From positions 7,976 through 71,975 of the forward strand of contig CAAEMG010000007.1 of assembly GCA_900757025.1 (NCBI GenBank): a DNA stretch of 64,000 nucleotides, read 5' to 3'. The translations under genes were made by a program, and so were the position numbers. Numbering within the stretch: position 1 is the first letter of the stretch; each line of letters begins with the position of its first letter. Under the pieces are notes generated by a model. That model made no database searches, was not told the DNA's origin, and was given only the letters and a program-made list of their open reading frames with translations. Shown piece by piece: positions 28,231 through 36,942 of this stretch. This DNA comes from Clostridia bacterium. GTDB lineage: Bacteria > Bacillota > Clostridia > Lachnospirales > Anaerotignaceae.

Positions 28231-28266
28231 AAACAGGCTGTGATTTTTTTGCAGCCTGTTTTTTAT
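28231..28266 (+). terminator. Intrinsic terminator of metG
   Basis: AAACAGGCTG...CAGCCTGTTT followed by a T-run. Confidence 0.85.
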
Positions 28267-28366
28267 TTGCAAATTATAAGCTGCAAAATATCCACACCAA
28301 AATCAAATTCTTATATTTTTGTCCACCGTTTAGTGTTATTTATACACACATATTTATTCTTTTTTG

Positions 28367-28395
28367 TTTACACATTTCCAAAATAGGTATATAAT
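28367..28395 (+). promoter_or_regulatory. Putative sigma-A promoter of the TPP-riboswitch operon
   Basis: TTTACA, 17-nt spacer, TATAAT (28390-28395). Confidence 0.55.
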
Positions 28396-28411
28396 CAGCA
28401 TAAATTCAATA

Positions 28412-28495
28412 TTTAACAGGGGTGCTGAGGTGCTGCAACCTATGCTGAGAGAGTCCCTTTGAACCTGATGCGGTCAGTACCGTTGTAGGGAGTAT
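28412..28495 (+). promoter_or_regulatory. TPP (THI-box) riboswitch
   Basis: ACAGGGGTGCTGAGG...CTGAGAGAGTCCCTTTGAACCTGATGCGGTCAGTACCGTTGTAGGGAG matches the conserved THI element core. It lies upstream of tenA. Confidence 0.9.
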
Positions 28496-28582
28496 GATAT
28501 ATTTGTTTATTTTAAACCATCTCCCTGCGGAAATGGCTTTTTTTATGTTCTTTAAAGCCCCATTAATAAAAGGAGGATATTT

Positions 28583-29242
28583 ATGAAAGTAAGCGAAAGA
28601 TTATATTCAAAAGTAAAAGATATTTGGGAAAGCTACAATCTTCACCCTTTTGTTCAGGGTATTGCAAACGGAAATCTTCCCATTGACAAATTTCAGTTTT
28701 ATATGATTCAGGACCATCTTTATCTTCTTCAGTACGCAAAGGTTTTTGCCCTCGGTCTTATAAAAGCCGAAAAAGAAAGCCTTATGCGTACGTTTTCGGC
28801 GCTTATACACGAAACACTTGATACGGAAAACGCAACACATCAGGCATACCTTAAACAGCTTGGCATTACAAGAGAAATGATTGATTCAGGCAAAATGAGC
28901 CTTATAAACGAAAGCTATACAAACTATATGATTTCCATAGGCTTTAAAGAAGGTCTTGCGGAAATTGCCGTTGCGGTTCTTGCCTGCTCCTGGAGCTACA
29001 AACTTATAGGCGAATACGTTGCCTCTGTTCCAAATTCAAAAGATAACGAGTTTTACAGACCTTGGATTGACACCTACACATCGGAAGAATACATAAAAGA
29101 AAACGACATGACCATTGACCTTGTAAACAGCCTTACAGAAAACTACACAGAAGAACAGCTTGAAAATTTGGAAAAAATAATTGTAAATTGCAGCAGATAT
29201 GAATATATGTTCTGGGATATGGCATGGAACAAGGAGATGTAA
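28583..29242 (+). CDS. tenA: Thiaminase II / aminopyrimidine aminohydrolase TenA
   Basis: 219 aa. ..HPFVQGIANGNLPIDKFQFYMIQDHLYL.. is the TenA pattern. Riboswitch context supports the call. Confidence 0.85.
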   Translation: MKVSERLYSKVKDIWESYNLHPFVQGIANGNLPIDKFQFYMIQDHLYLLQYAKVFALGLIKAEKESLMRTFSALIHETLDTENATHQAYLKQLGITREMIDSGKMSLINESYTNYMISIGFKEGLAEIAVAVLACSWSYKLIGEYVASVPNSKDNEFYRPWIDTYTSEEYIKENDMTIDLVNSLTENYTEEQLENLEKIIVNCSRYEYMFWDMAWNKEM

Positions 29243-29245
29243 AAA

Positions 29246-29995
29246 ATGCTGGAATTTAAAGATGTTTCCTTTAAATATGCAAGTGACGATTTTTCCATGA
29301 TGAATAATCTTTCCTTTACGGTAAATGATGGGGAATTTATAAGCATTATAGGAAAAAGCGGCTGCGGAAAAAGCACTGTTTTCCGTCTTATAAACGGTCT
29401 TGAAAAGCCTCAAAACGGCGAAATTTTCGTTGACGGAAAAAATATAAAAGACATAAAAAACTACAGCGCATATATGCCCCAGAAAGACCTTCTTTTTCCT
29501 TGGCGAACAATAGAAAAAAATATATGCCTTGCGCCGGAAATTCAAAAAGCCGACAAAAAAGAAACCAAAACAAAAGCCGAAGAAATTCTTAAAGAAGTTG
29601 GGCTTTGGGATTATAAAAATAAATATCCTCGTGACCTTTCCGGAGGTATGCGCCAAAGAGCATCTTTCGCAAGAACACTTCTTTCCGGCGGAAATCTTAT
29701 GCTCCTTGATGAGCCTTTTTCCGCACTTGACTCCATAACAAGAATTTCTCTTCAGGAATGGCTTTTAAAAGAATGGGAAAAGCACAAAAAAACAATACTT
29801 TTCGTTACACATGATGTTGAAGAGGCTATTTTTCTTTCCCAAAAAATATTTGTGGTTTCCGACAGACCAATAACCCATTTTCAGGAATTTAAAATAGACC
29901 TTCCATACCCAAGAAACAGAGCCGACATGGCACGAAGCGACATTGCAGCTCTTAAAGAAATGCTTATAAAGCATTTAAGACAGGAGGAAGAATAA
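29246..29995 (+). CDS. ABC transporter ATP-binding protein (NitT/TauT family, ThiZ-like)
   Basis: Walker A GKSGCGKST, signature LSGGMRQR, Walker B LMLLDEPFSALD. Confidence 0.85.
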   Translation: MLEFKDVSFKYASDDFSMMNNLSFTVNDGEFISIIGKSGCGKSTVFRLINGLEKPQNGEIFVDGKNIKDIKNYSAYMPQKDLLFPWRTIEKNICLAPEIQKADKKETKTKAEEILKEVGLWDYKNKYPRDLSGGMRQRASFARTLLSGGNLMLLDEPFSALDSITRISLQEWLLKEWEKHKKTILFVTHDVEEAIFLSQKIFVVSDRPITHFQEFKIDLPYPRNRADMARSDIAALKEMLIKHLRQEEE

Positions 29996-29996
29996 T

Positions 29997-30740
29997 ATGA
30001 AAAAAAATACTCCGGCGGTTCTGCTTGCCATTTTTCTGCTTGTGCTTTGGCAGATAATAGCCATGGTTATAAATGCAGCATATATTCTGCCTTCGCCTGT
30101 GCAGATAGCCCAGAAAATATGGGATTTAAAAGCAAATCTCTTTCTTGTGCAGCTTCCGGCAACAATGTCCGTTACGGCTGTAGGTCTTGGAATATCAATA
30201 GTTTTAGGGCTTTTGCTTGCGGTTATAATGGACGCAGACGAAAAAATCGAAAACGCACTTTATCCAATTATAATCGCTTCGCAGACAATACCGACAACAG
30301 CCATAGCGCCTCTTTTCGTTCTTTGGTTCGGCTACAGCATATGGAGCAAGGTTCTTGTAACAATACTCATAACCTTCTTTCCCGTAACAATAACGGTTTT
30401 TGATGGGCTTAAAAGCACAAGCCGTGAAATGGAAGAACTTCTTATAACCTGCGGAGCAGACAAAAAAGATATTTTCTTTAAACTCAAAGTTCCCCAGACA
30501 CTGCCATATTTCTTTTCGGCAATAAAAATGGCAATTCCTTTAAGCATAATAGGTGCGGCAATAGCCGAATGGCTTGGAGCGCAAAGCGGACTTGGCTATT
30601 TCAGCAAAAGAATGATGACACAGCTTGACGGTGCAGGTGTTTTTGCCCCTGTTGTTCTTCTTTCGGCAGTGGCAATGATTATTGTTGCCCTCATAAATAT
30701 AATTGAGAAAAAACTCATAAAGTGGCGAAAAGAAATTTAA
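29997..30740 (+). CDS. ABC transporter permease (NitT/TauT family, ThiX-like)
   Basis: 247-aa six-TM permease immediately after the ATPase. Confidence 0.8.
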   Translation: MKKNTPAVLLAIFLLVLWQIIAMVINAAYILPSPVQIAQKIWDLKANLFLVQLPATMSVTAVGLGISIVLGLLLAVIMDADEKIENALYPIIIASQTIPTTAIAPLFVLWFGYSIWSKVLVTILITFFPVTITVFDGLKSTSREMEELLITCGADKKDIFFKLKVPQTLPYFFSAIKMAIPLSIIGAAIAEWLGAQSGLGYFSKRMMTQLDGAGVFAPVVLLSAVAMIIVALINIIEKKLIKWRKEI

Positions 30741-30807
30741 AAATATTGAGGCGTTGCCCCAATACTGTATAAACAAAGAACCGTATTCAACAAATCCCAT
30801 AAAATAA

Positions 30808-30840
30808 AAACCATGTAGATATTTGTCCGCATGGTTTTAT
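30808..30840. terminator. Bidirectional terminator
   Basis: AAAACCATG-...-CATGGTTTT flanked by A/T runs. Confidence 0.7.
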
Positions 30841-31105
30841 TTTTATATTATTTTTCAACTTCTCGCCGCAAATTTTATTTCTATTTTCTTTTTTGCTATT
30901 TGGTAAAGTATTATTGCCGCAATCATAACCGTAGTTTCCGTAACGGGAAATGTAAACCACGTATACACCAAACCAAATCTGCTGAAAACATATGCCAAAG
31001 GAACCAGTAGTGTCACCTGTCTTAAAACAGCATCGGTTTTGGCAAAACAAAATTGTTTTCGACAAACAGTAAGTGTTCAACACACTATACTCCTCCCTAA
31101 AATTT

Positions 31106-31132
31106 AAGGCACTGCCTTTTCCGCAGTGCCTT
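31106..31132 (-). terminator. Hairpin downstream of the FAH-family gene
   Basis: AAGGCACTGC-CTTTTCC-GCAGTGCCTT. The T-tract on the minus strand is weak. Confidence 0.5.
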
Positions 31133-31142
31133 AAACAATCAA

Positions 31143-32021
31143 TTATTTAACTTTATTTGTTATTTTGCCTATTTTTTCTATTTCACACACAACCTCGTCA
31201 CCGCTTGAAAGGAATTTGGGCGGAACAAAGCCCATTCCGACTCCGGAAGGCGTTCCTGTTGAAATTATCGTTCCTGTTTCAAGTGTCATTCCTTTTGTAA
31301 GCTCTGTCATAACGTCTGTTATTGTGTGTATAAATTTATCTGTAGATGAATTTTGTCTAAGCTCGCCGTTTACATAGCATTTAACATTTAACTTAGGCGG
31401 AAATTCAATTTCATCTGCCGTAACAATCCAAGGGCCCATAGGCGTAAAACCGTCAAGACCTTTGCCGAAATACCACTGGTTGTGTCTTGTCTGAAGTTCC
31501 CTTGCCGTTACATCGTTTATAATCGTGTAGCCGAAAATATAGTCGGAAACCTTATCTGCCTCAACATTTTTTGCGTCTTTGCCTATTATAAGTGCAAGCT
31601 CCGACTCATAGTCGAGAGTTGAAATAATGTCGCTGTGGCTTATAATATCATCGCCGTCGGCAGTTGCCCTGTTTACTCTTTTAGAGAAATAAACAGCATA
31701 ATCTTCGCAGTTTGAAAAAGCCTCTTTTTTATATCTTTTAGACTCTGCTGCGTGTTCGGCATAGTTTATTCCCAAACATACAATATCCTGCTTTGGCTTT
31801 GGTATAGGTGCTTCCAGCTTAACGGTATCAAAGCCTTCCTCGCCTTTTCCGCCGTCTTCAAGCAAAGCCATTTTTTTAAGGCTTTCTTTATCGGCTCTTT
31901 TAATAAGGTCATTCATATCTTTATAATCAAAGCCGTTTTCGTTTACAGGTACGGCTGTATTTTTTTTTGTTATAACGCAGACAAATTCTTTTCCGTTTTT
32001 GCTGCAAGTTGCAAGCTTCAT
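31143..32021 (-). CDS. Fumarylacetoacetate hydrolase (FAH) family protein
   Basis: 292 aa. ..ESELALIIGKDAKNV.., ..GKGLDGFTPMGPW.. and ..GTPSGVG.. are FAH-fold motifs. Confidence 0.8.
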   Translation of the reverse strand: MKLATCSKNGKEFVCVITKKNTAVPVNENGFDYKDMNDLIKRADKESLKKMALLEDGGKGEEGFDTVKLEAPIPKPKQDIVCLGINYAEHAAESKRYKKEAFSNCEDYAVYFSKRVNRATADGDDIISHSDIISTLDYESELALIIGKDAKNVEADKVSDYIFGYTIINDVTARELQTRHNQWYFGKGLDGFTPMGPWIVTADEIEFPPKLNVKCYVNGELRQNSSTDKFIHTITDVMTELTKGMTLETGTIISTGTPSGVGMGFVPPKFLSSGDEVVCEIEKIGKITNKVK

Positions 32022-32039
32022 AAACCCACCTCCGCAAAA

Positions 32040-33242
32040 TTATTTGCTTTTTTCAGCTCTTTCCAAAACTTTGTCAAGTATGTCCATAGCCTCAAGAACT
32101 TCACTTTCGCTTATTATAAGGGCAGGAACAAATCTTATTACGTTTCCGCCTGCTCCTACAAGAAGAAGTCCGTTTTCGATTGCATCTGCAACTACAGGGC
32201 CGGCAGGAATCGAAAGTTCAATGCCCTGCATAAGGCCTATGCCTCTTACATCTGAAATAATGCTGTATTTATCTTTAAATTCAAGAAGTTTCTTTGTAAG
32301 AAGAGCTCCCTGTTTTTTAACATTTTCAAGAACTCCGCCGTTAAAAAGCTCGTCCATAACAACTGTGCCGGCTGATGTTGCAAGGCTGTTTCCGCCGAAT
32401 GTTGACGCATGGTCGCCCGGCTTAAAAGCCTCTGCCGCACTGTCTTTTGCCATCATTGCGCCGATAGGAACGCCACCTGCAAGACCCTTTGCAAATGCCG
32501 CAGCATCAGGCTCTACGCCGAATGTCTGATATGCAAAAAGTTCGCCTGTTCTGCCCACGCCGCACTGAACCTCGTCAAAAAGAAGGAGCATATCGTTTTT
32601 GTCACAAAGCTCTCTAACCTTTTTAAGATATTCCTTGTCGGCAGGTATAATTCCGCCTTCGCCCTGAACAGGCTCAAGAAGAACCGCACAAGTATTTTCA
32701 TCAACAGCAGATTCAAGAGCTTCAAAGTTGTTGAAAGGAACGTGCTTAATTCCCGGAAGCATTGGGTCAAGACCTTTATGATATTTGTCCTGTCCTGTTG
32801 CCGTAACTGCACCGTATGTTCTGCCGTGGAAAGATTTTTCCATAGCAATTATATCTCTGCCTTTTTTGCCTTTCATTGTGGCATATTTTCTTGCAAGTTT
32901 AAGCATAGACTCTATAGACTCGGCACCGCTGTTGCAGAAGAAAACTTTGTCAAAGCAGCTGTGTTCGCAAAGTTCTTCGGCAAGAGTAATCTGTGGCTCT
33001 GTATAGTAAAGGTTTGAAACGTGCATAAGTTTCTGGCACTGTTCGGCAATTTTCGCACAAAGTTTAGGGTGGCTGTAGCCAAGAGAGTTTACGGCTATGC
33101 CAGCAACAAAATCAAGATATTTTTTTCCGTCCATATCCCATACATAAACGCCCTGACCATGGTCAAAAGCTATAGGGAAACGGCTGTATGTATTCATAAC
33201 TACCTTTGCGCCACGCTGTGCAAGTTTTTCTGTATTGTTCAT
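32040..33242 (-). CDS. argD: Acetylornithine aminotransferase
   Basis: Class III aminotransferase with ..LLLFDEVQCGVGRTG.. . Arginine gene cluster context. Confidence 0.9.
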   Translation of the reverse strand: MNNTEKLAQRGAKVVMNTYSRFPIAFDHGQGVYVWDMDGKKYLDFVAGIAVNSLGYSHPKLCAKIAEQCQKLMHVSNLYYTEPQITLAEELCEHSCFDKVFFCNSGAESIESMLKLARKYATMKGKKGRDIIAMEKSFHGRTYGAVTATGQDKYHKGLDPMLPGIKHVPFNNFEALESAVDENTCAVLLEPVQGEGGIIPADKEYLKKVRELCDKNDMLLLFDEVQCGVGRTGELFAYQTFGVEPDAAAFAKGLAGGVPIGAMMAKDSAAEAFKPGDHASTFGGNSLATSAGTVVMDELFNGGVLENVKKQGALLTKKLLEFKDKYSIISDVRGIGLMQGIELSIPAGPVVADAIENGLLLVGAGGNVIRFVPALIISESEVLEAMDILDKVLERAEKSK

Positions 33243-33266
33243 TTTTATATCAATCCTTTCAAAAAC

Positions 33267-34151
33267 TTATATCTTCTCTATCATAGTACCGATACCTTTT
33301 GTTGTCAAAAGTTCAAGTATAAGGCAGTGTTTAATTCGTCCGTCAAGAATATGAACATTGTTTACGCCTTTGTTTACTGCCTCAAGACAACATTCAACCT
33401 TAGGTATCATTCCGCCGGAAATAGTTCCGTCATCAATAAGTCCCTGAACATCATCGGCTTTTATAAAGCTCATAATTGAAGAAGGGTCATTTACATCTTT
33501 AAGCACGCCTGCAACATCTGTAAGGAATACAAGTTTTTCCGCTTTAAGCGCACCTGCTATTGCAACAGCCATATAGTCTGCGTTTATGTTGTATGTATTT
33601 CCTTTTTCGTCTTTGCCTATAGGAGCTATAACAGGAATTATGTCGCTTTTTATAAGAGAATTAATCATTGCTGGGTCAACGAATTTAATTTCGCCTACGC
33701 AGCCGTAATCAACGCCGTTTGCTGGGTGTATTTTTTCTGCTGTAACTGTTCCGCCGTCTTTGCCCGATATACCCACAGCCTTAACGCCGTTAAGCTCAAT
33801 ATCAGTAACAATCTGCTTGTTTACTTTTCCCGTAAGAACCATTTCAACAACTTCCATTGTTTCTTTGTTTGTAACTCGAAGTCCGTCAACAAATTTAGAT
33901 TCAATTTCAAGTCTTTTAAGAAAAGCATTAATGTCAGGGCCACCGCCATGAACAATTACAGGGTGCATACCCACAAACTTCATAAGGGCAATATCTTTTA
34001 TTATTGTTTCCTTAATTTCAGGGTTTATAAGTGCGCTGCCGCCGTATTTAATTACTATTGTTTTGTCGTTAAAATCTCTTATGAAAGGAAGCGCCTCGGT
34101 AAGGGTATGTGCCTTTTTTATATAATCGTCAATTCCAAAATCAGCTGCCAT
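33267..34151 (-). CDS. argB: Acetylglutamate kinase
   Basis: ..IVIKYGGSAL.., ..HPVIVHGGGP.. and ..NINADYMA.. motifs. Confidence 0.92.
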   Translation of the reverse strand: MAADFGIDDYIKKAHTLTEALPFIRDFNDKTIVIKYGGSALINPEIKETIIKDIALMKFVGMHPVIVHGGGPDINAFLKRLEIESKFVDGLRVTNKETMEVVEMVLTGKVNKQIVTDIELNGVKAVGISGKDGGTVTAEKIHPANGVDYGCVGEIKFVDPAMINSLIKSDIIPVIAPIGKDEKGNTYNINADYMAVAIAGALKAEKLVFLTDVAGVLKDVNDPSSIMSFIKADDVQGLIDDGTISGGMIPKVECCLEAVNKGVNNVHILDGRIKHCLILELLTTKGIGTMIEKI

Positions 34152-34185
34152 TTATTACATCTCCTTTAATTTAGGCTGCCGTATA

Positions 34186-35406
34186 TTATGAACGGTAGTC
34201 TCCGTTAATTTTTACATAGTCATAGCTTAAATCGCATCCCCAGGCAGTAGCCTTTTTGCTGCCTTCGGAAATTTTGATGTTTACCGTAATTTCTTTTTCG
34301 CTTAAAATATTTGCCGCTTTTTCTTCGTCAAAAACAATAGGTGTACCGTTATCCATAAGAAGAATGTCGCCTTTTGCACTTTCAAAAACAATGTCAACCT
34401 TTGTAGGGTCAAATTTTACGCCGCTGTAGCCCATTGCACACAAAACTCTGCCCCAGTTTGCGTCTTCGCCAAACATAGCCGCTTTAACAAGGCTGCTTTT
34501 TACAACTGATTTTGCCATTGTTTTTGCGTCCTGCTCAGTTGCCGCACCGTTTACGTTTACTTCTATAAATTTTGTTGCGCCTTCACCGTCACGAACAAGA
34601 TTTTTTGCAAGTCTTTCGTTTACATAGTGAAGAGCTTCTTTAAATGTATCATAATCCTTGCCTTCGGAAGCGATTTCTTCGTTTTCGGCAAGACCGTTTG
34701 CCATTACTATAATTGTATCGTTTGTGCTTGTGTCGCCGTCTACCGAAACCATGTTGTAGGTTGTCTGGATATCGGCTTTAAGAGCCTTGTTTAAAAGTTC
34801 TTTGCTTATAGCACAGTCTGTTGTTACAAAAGCAAGCATAGTAGCCATATTAGGGCAAATCATTCCGCTTCCCTTTGCCATGCCGCCCATATGAACTGTT
34901 TTTCCGCCTATTTCAAATTCAACGGCAACTTCTTTGCTGTATGTATCTGTTGTCATTATTGCCTCTGCCGCAAGAAGAGCGTCACTTCTTTCATAGCCGA
35001 GGTTTTTATATGTGCTTTCAATACCGGCTGTTACGGTTTCGATAGGGAATGTTGCACCTATAACGCCTGTTGAAGCTGTAAGAATTGTGTTTTCGTCAAC
35101 GCCAAGGCAGTCGGCATATTTTTTTGCCATTTCCTTGTTGCTTTTAACGCCAAGCTCACCTGTGCAGGCATTGGCATTTCCGCTGTTTATTGCAACACCG
35201 TTTATTTTTGCTCCGCTTTCCATAATAGCCATGTTTCTTGTTACGCTTGTTGCCTTAACAACATTTGTTGTAAAAGCCGCAGCGGCTGTTGCCGGAACAT
35301 CGCTTGCTATAAGAGCCAAATCCTTAACGCCTTTTTTTATGCCTACTGCAGCTCCCGTTGCTCTGAAACCTTTTGCCGCCGTTACCGAACCGTCTATAAT
35401 TTTCAT
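34186..35406 (-). CDS. argJ: Ornithine acetyltransferase / N-acetylglutamate synthase ArgJ (paralog 1)
   Basis: ..GGMAKGSGMICPNMATMLAFVTTD.. self-cleavage site and C-terminal ..DLSYDYVKINGDYRS. Start ATG 35406 (MKIIDGS) has a GGAGG SD. Confidence 0.9.
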   Translation of the reverse strand: MKIIDGSVTAAKGFRATGAAVGIKKGVKDLALIASDVPATAAAAFTTNVVKATSVTRNMAIMESGAKINGVAINSGNANACTGELGVKSNKEMAKKYADCLGVDENTILTASTGVIGATFPIETVTAGIESTYKNLGYERSDALLAAEAIMTTDTYSKEVAVEFEIGGKTVHMGGMAKGSGMICPNMATMLAFVTTDCAISKELLNKALKADIQTTYNMVSVDGDTSTNDTIIVMANGLAENEEIASEGKDYDTFKEALHYVNERLAKNLVRDGEGATKFIEVNVNGAATEQDAKTMAKSVVKSSLVKAAMFGEDANWGRVLCAMGYSGVKFDPTKVDIVFESAKGDILLMDNGTPIVFDEEKAANILSEKEITVNIKISEGSKKATAWGCDLSYDYVKINGDYRS

Positions 35407-35426
35407 TTTGCTTTTTCCTCCTGTTT

Positions 35427-35672
35427 TCAGTCTTTCCAAGTTTGCCATTTCAGCTTATATTCATCGTGAACATCATTTTCGGCAAAATACACGGCAAGGC
35501 GATACACATAAAGCACACACCTGTCAATTTTACAGCCTGCCTTTAAACAGCTTTCTTCAAAAAGCTCCTCAGGATTTTTCCCTTTTAAATCCTCAAGAGA
35601 TTTTATGCCTATATCAAACAAATGCTGTTCCATGTTTTTGCCAACACCCGGTATTTTTCGCAAATCACTCAT
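35427..35672 (-). CDS. Helix-hairpin-helix domain protein (Cdd1/McrB-like small protein)
   Basis: 81 aa. LRKIPGVGKNMEQHLFDIGIKSLEDLKGKNPEELF is an HhH motif. Its ATG overlaps the stop of the upstream argJ (ATGA). Confidence 0.65.
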   Translation of the reverse strand: MSDLRKIPGVGKNMEQHLFDIGIKSLEDLKGKNPEELFEESCLKAGCKIDRCVLYVYRLAVYFAENDVHDEYKLKWQTWKD

Positions 35673-36898
35673 GTTCTCGACCTGTATTCTCCGTTTATTC
35701 TTACATATTCGTGTCCCAAATCGCAGCCCCAGCTTTTAGCCGAAGCATCGCCGTCACGAAGACGAATTTTAACAAATATATCTCTTTCCCCAAGTATTGA
35801 TGCCGCAATATTTTCGTCAAAGCGAACAGGCTCACCCTCACTCATAAGTGTCATTTTTCCGCCTTCGCTTTCAAAATCCATATCTATTTTTCTCTGGTCG
35901 AAATATCCTCCGCTTGAGCCCATAGCCGCTATAATTCTGCCCCAGTTTGCGTCCTCTCCGTACATAGCCGTTTTAACAAGGTTATTTGTAACTATAGCCT
36001 TAGCCATAAGGCGTGCATCTTTTTCGCTTTTTGCTCCCGTTATTTCAACCTCTATAAATTTGCTTGCTCCTTCGCCGTCATGTATAACATCTCTGGCAAA
36101 TTTCTCATTCATAAAATGAATTGCTTTGGCAAATTCCTCATAAAACTCATTTTCTTCCGTTATTTTTTCGTTTCCCGCCATGCCGTTTGCAATAACAAGT
36201 GCCATATCGTTTGTACTTGTTGCTCCGTCTACGGAAATCATGTTGTATGTTTCCTTAACGGAATCGTAAAGTGCCTTCTGCAAAAGCTCATGGCTTATAT
36301 TTATATCTGTTGTTATAAAAGAAAGAACAGTTGCCATATTGGGGTGAATCATTCCGCTTCCCTTTGCCATGCCGCCTATAATAACCTGTTTTCCGCCAAT
36401 ATTAAGCTGAAGTGCCATTTCTTTTATAAAAGTATCTGTTGTTATAATTCCCGATGCGGCGTTTCTTGCGCCGTCTCTTTTGTGTGTCAAATCCGGAAAT
36501 GTATCTTTAATTCCTTTAACTATTGTGTTCATAGGCATATCAAGGCCGATAATGCCTGTTGCCGCCGTAAGAACCTCTTCTTTTTCAACACCGAGGCAGT
36601 CGGCAAAGGTTTTTGCCATAAGCTCGTTATCTCTTATGCCCTGTGTTCCCGTGCAGGCGTTGGCATTGCCGCTTATGGCGGCTATGCCTCTTATTTTTTT
36701 GCCTGCCTTTGTTATTTTTTCATTCCATAAAAGAGGTGCGGCTTTAACTATATTGGTTGTGTATACCCCTGCCGCTTCTGCCGGAACATCACTTGTTACA
36801 AGGGCGATGTCTTTCTTAACTTTTTTTATGCCTATATGTTTGCCTGCCGCTTTAAAACCTTTTGGAGCTGTTATTCCTCCGTCTGTAACTCTGAACAA
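35669..36898 (-). CDS. argJ: Ornithine acetyltransferase ArgJ (paralog 2)
   Basis: ..GGMAKGSGMIHPNMATVLSFITTD.. and C-terminal ..DLGHEYVRINGEYRS. Roughly half the positions are identical to paralog 1 by eye. Confidence 0.9.
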   Translation of the reverse strand: MFRVTDGGITAPKGFKAAGKHIGIKKVKKDIALVTSDVPAEAAGVYTTNIVKAAPLLWNEKITKAGKKIRGIAAISGNANACTGTQGIRDNELMAKTFADCLGVEKEEVLTAATGIIGLDMPMNTIVKGIKDTFPDLTHKRDGARNAASGIITTDTFIKEMALQLNIGGKQVIIGGMAKGSGMIHPNMATVLSFITTDINISHELLQKALYDSVKETYNMISVDGATSTNDMALVIANGMAGNEKITEENEFYEEFAKAIHFMNEKFARDVIHDGEGASKFIEVEITGAKSEKDARLMAKAIVTNNLVKTAMYGEDANWGRIIAAMGSSGGYFDQRKIDMDFESEGGKMTLMSEGEPVRFDENIAASILGERDIFVKIRLRDGDASAKSWGCDLGHEYVRINGEYRSRT

Positions 36899-36942
36899 GG
36901 CTCATGCCTCCTTTATGAATACGTGTATTTTTATGCAAATAT

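Noticed and set aside
35012-35800. Long ORFs antisense to or out of frame with strong genes. Examples: 35012..35800 (262 aa), 45514..46284 (256 aa), 22921..23601 (226 aa), 36080..36730, 7442..8092, 203..655 and 405..929.
   Set aside because: Each lies entirely inside a CDS with a clear family signature on the other strand or frame. They have skewed, low-complexity composition (S/F/C/I-rich) and no SD. They are typical shadow ORFs.
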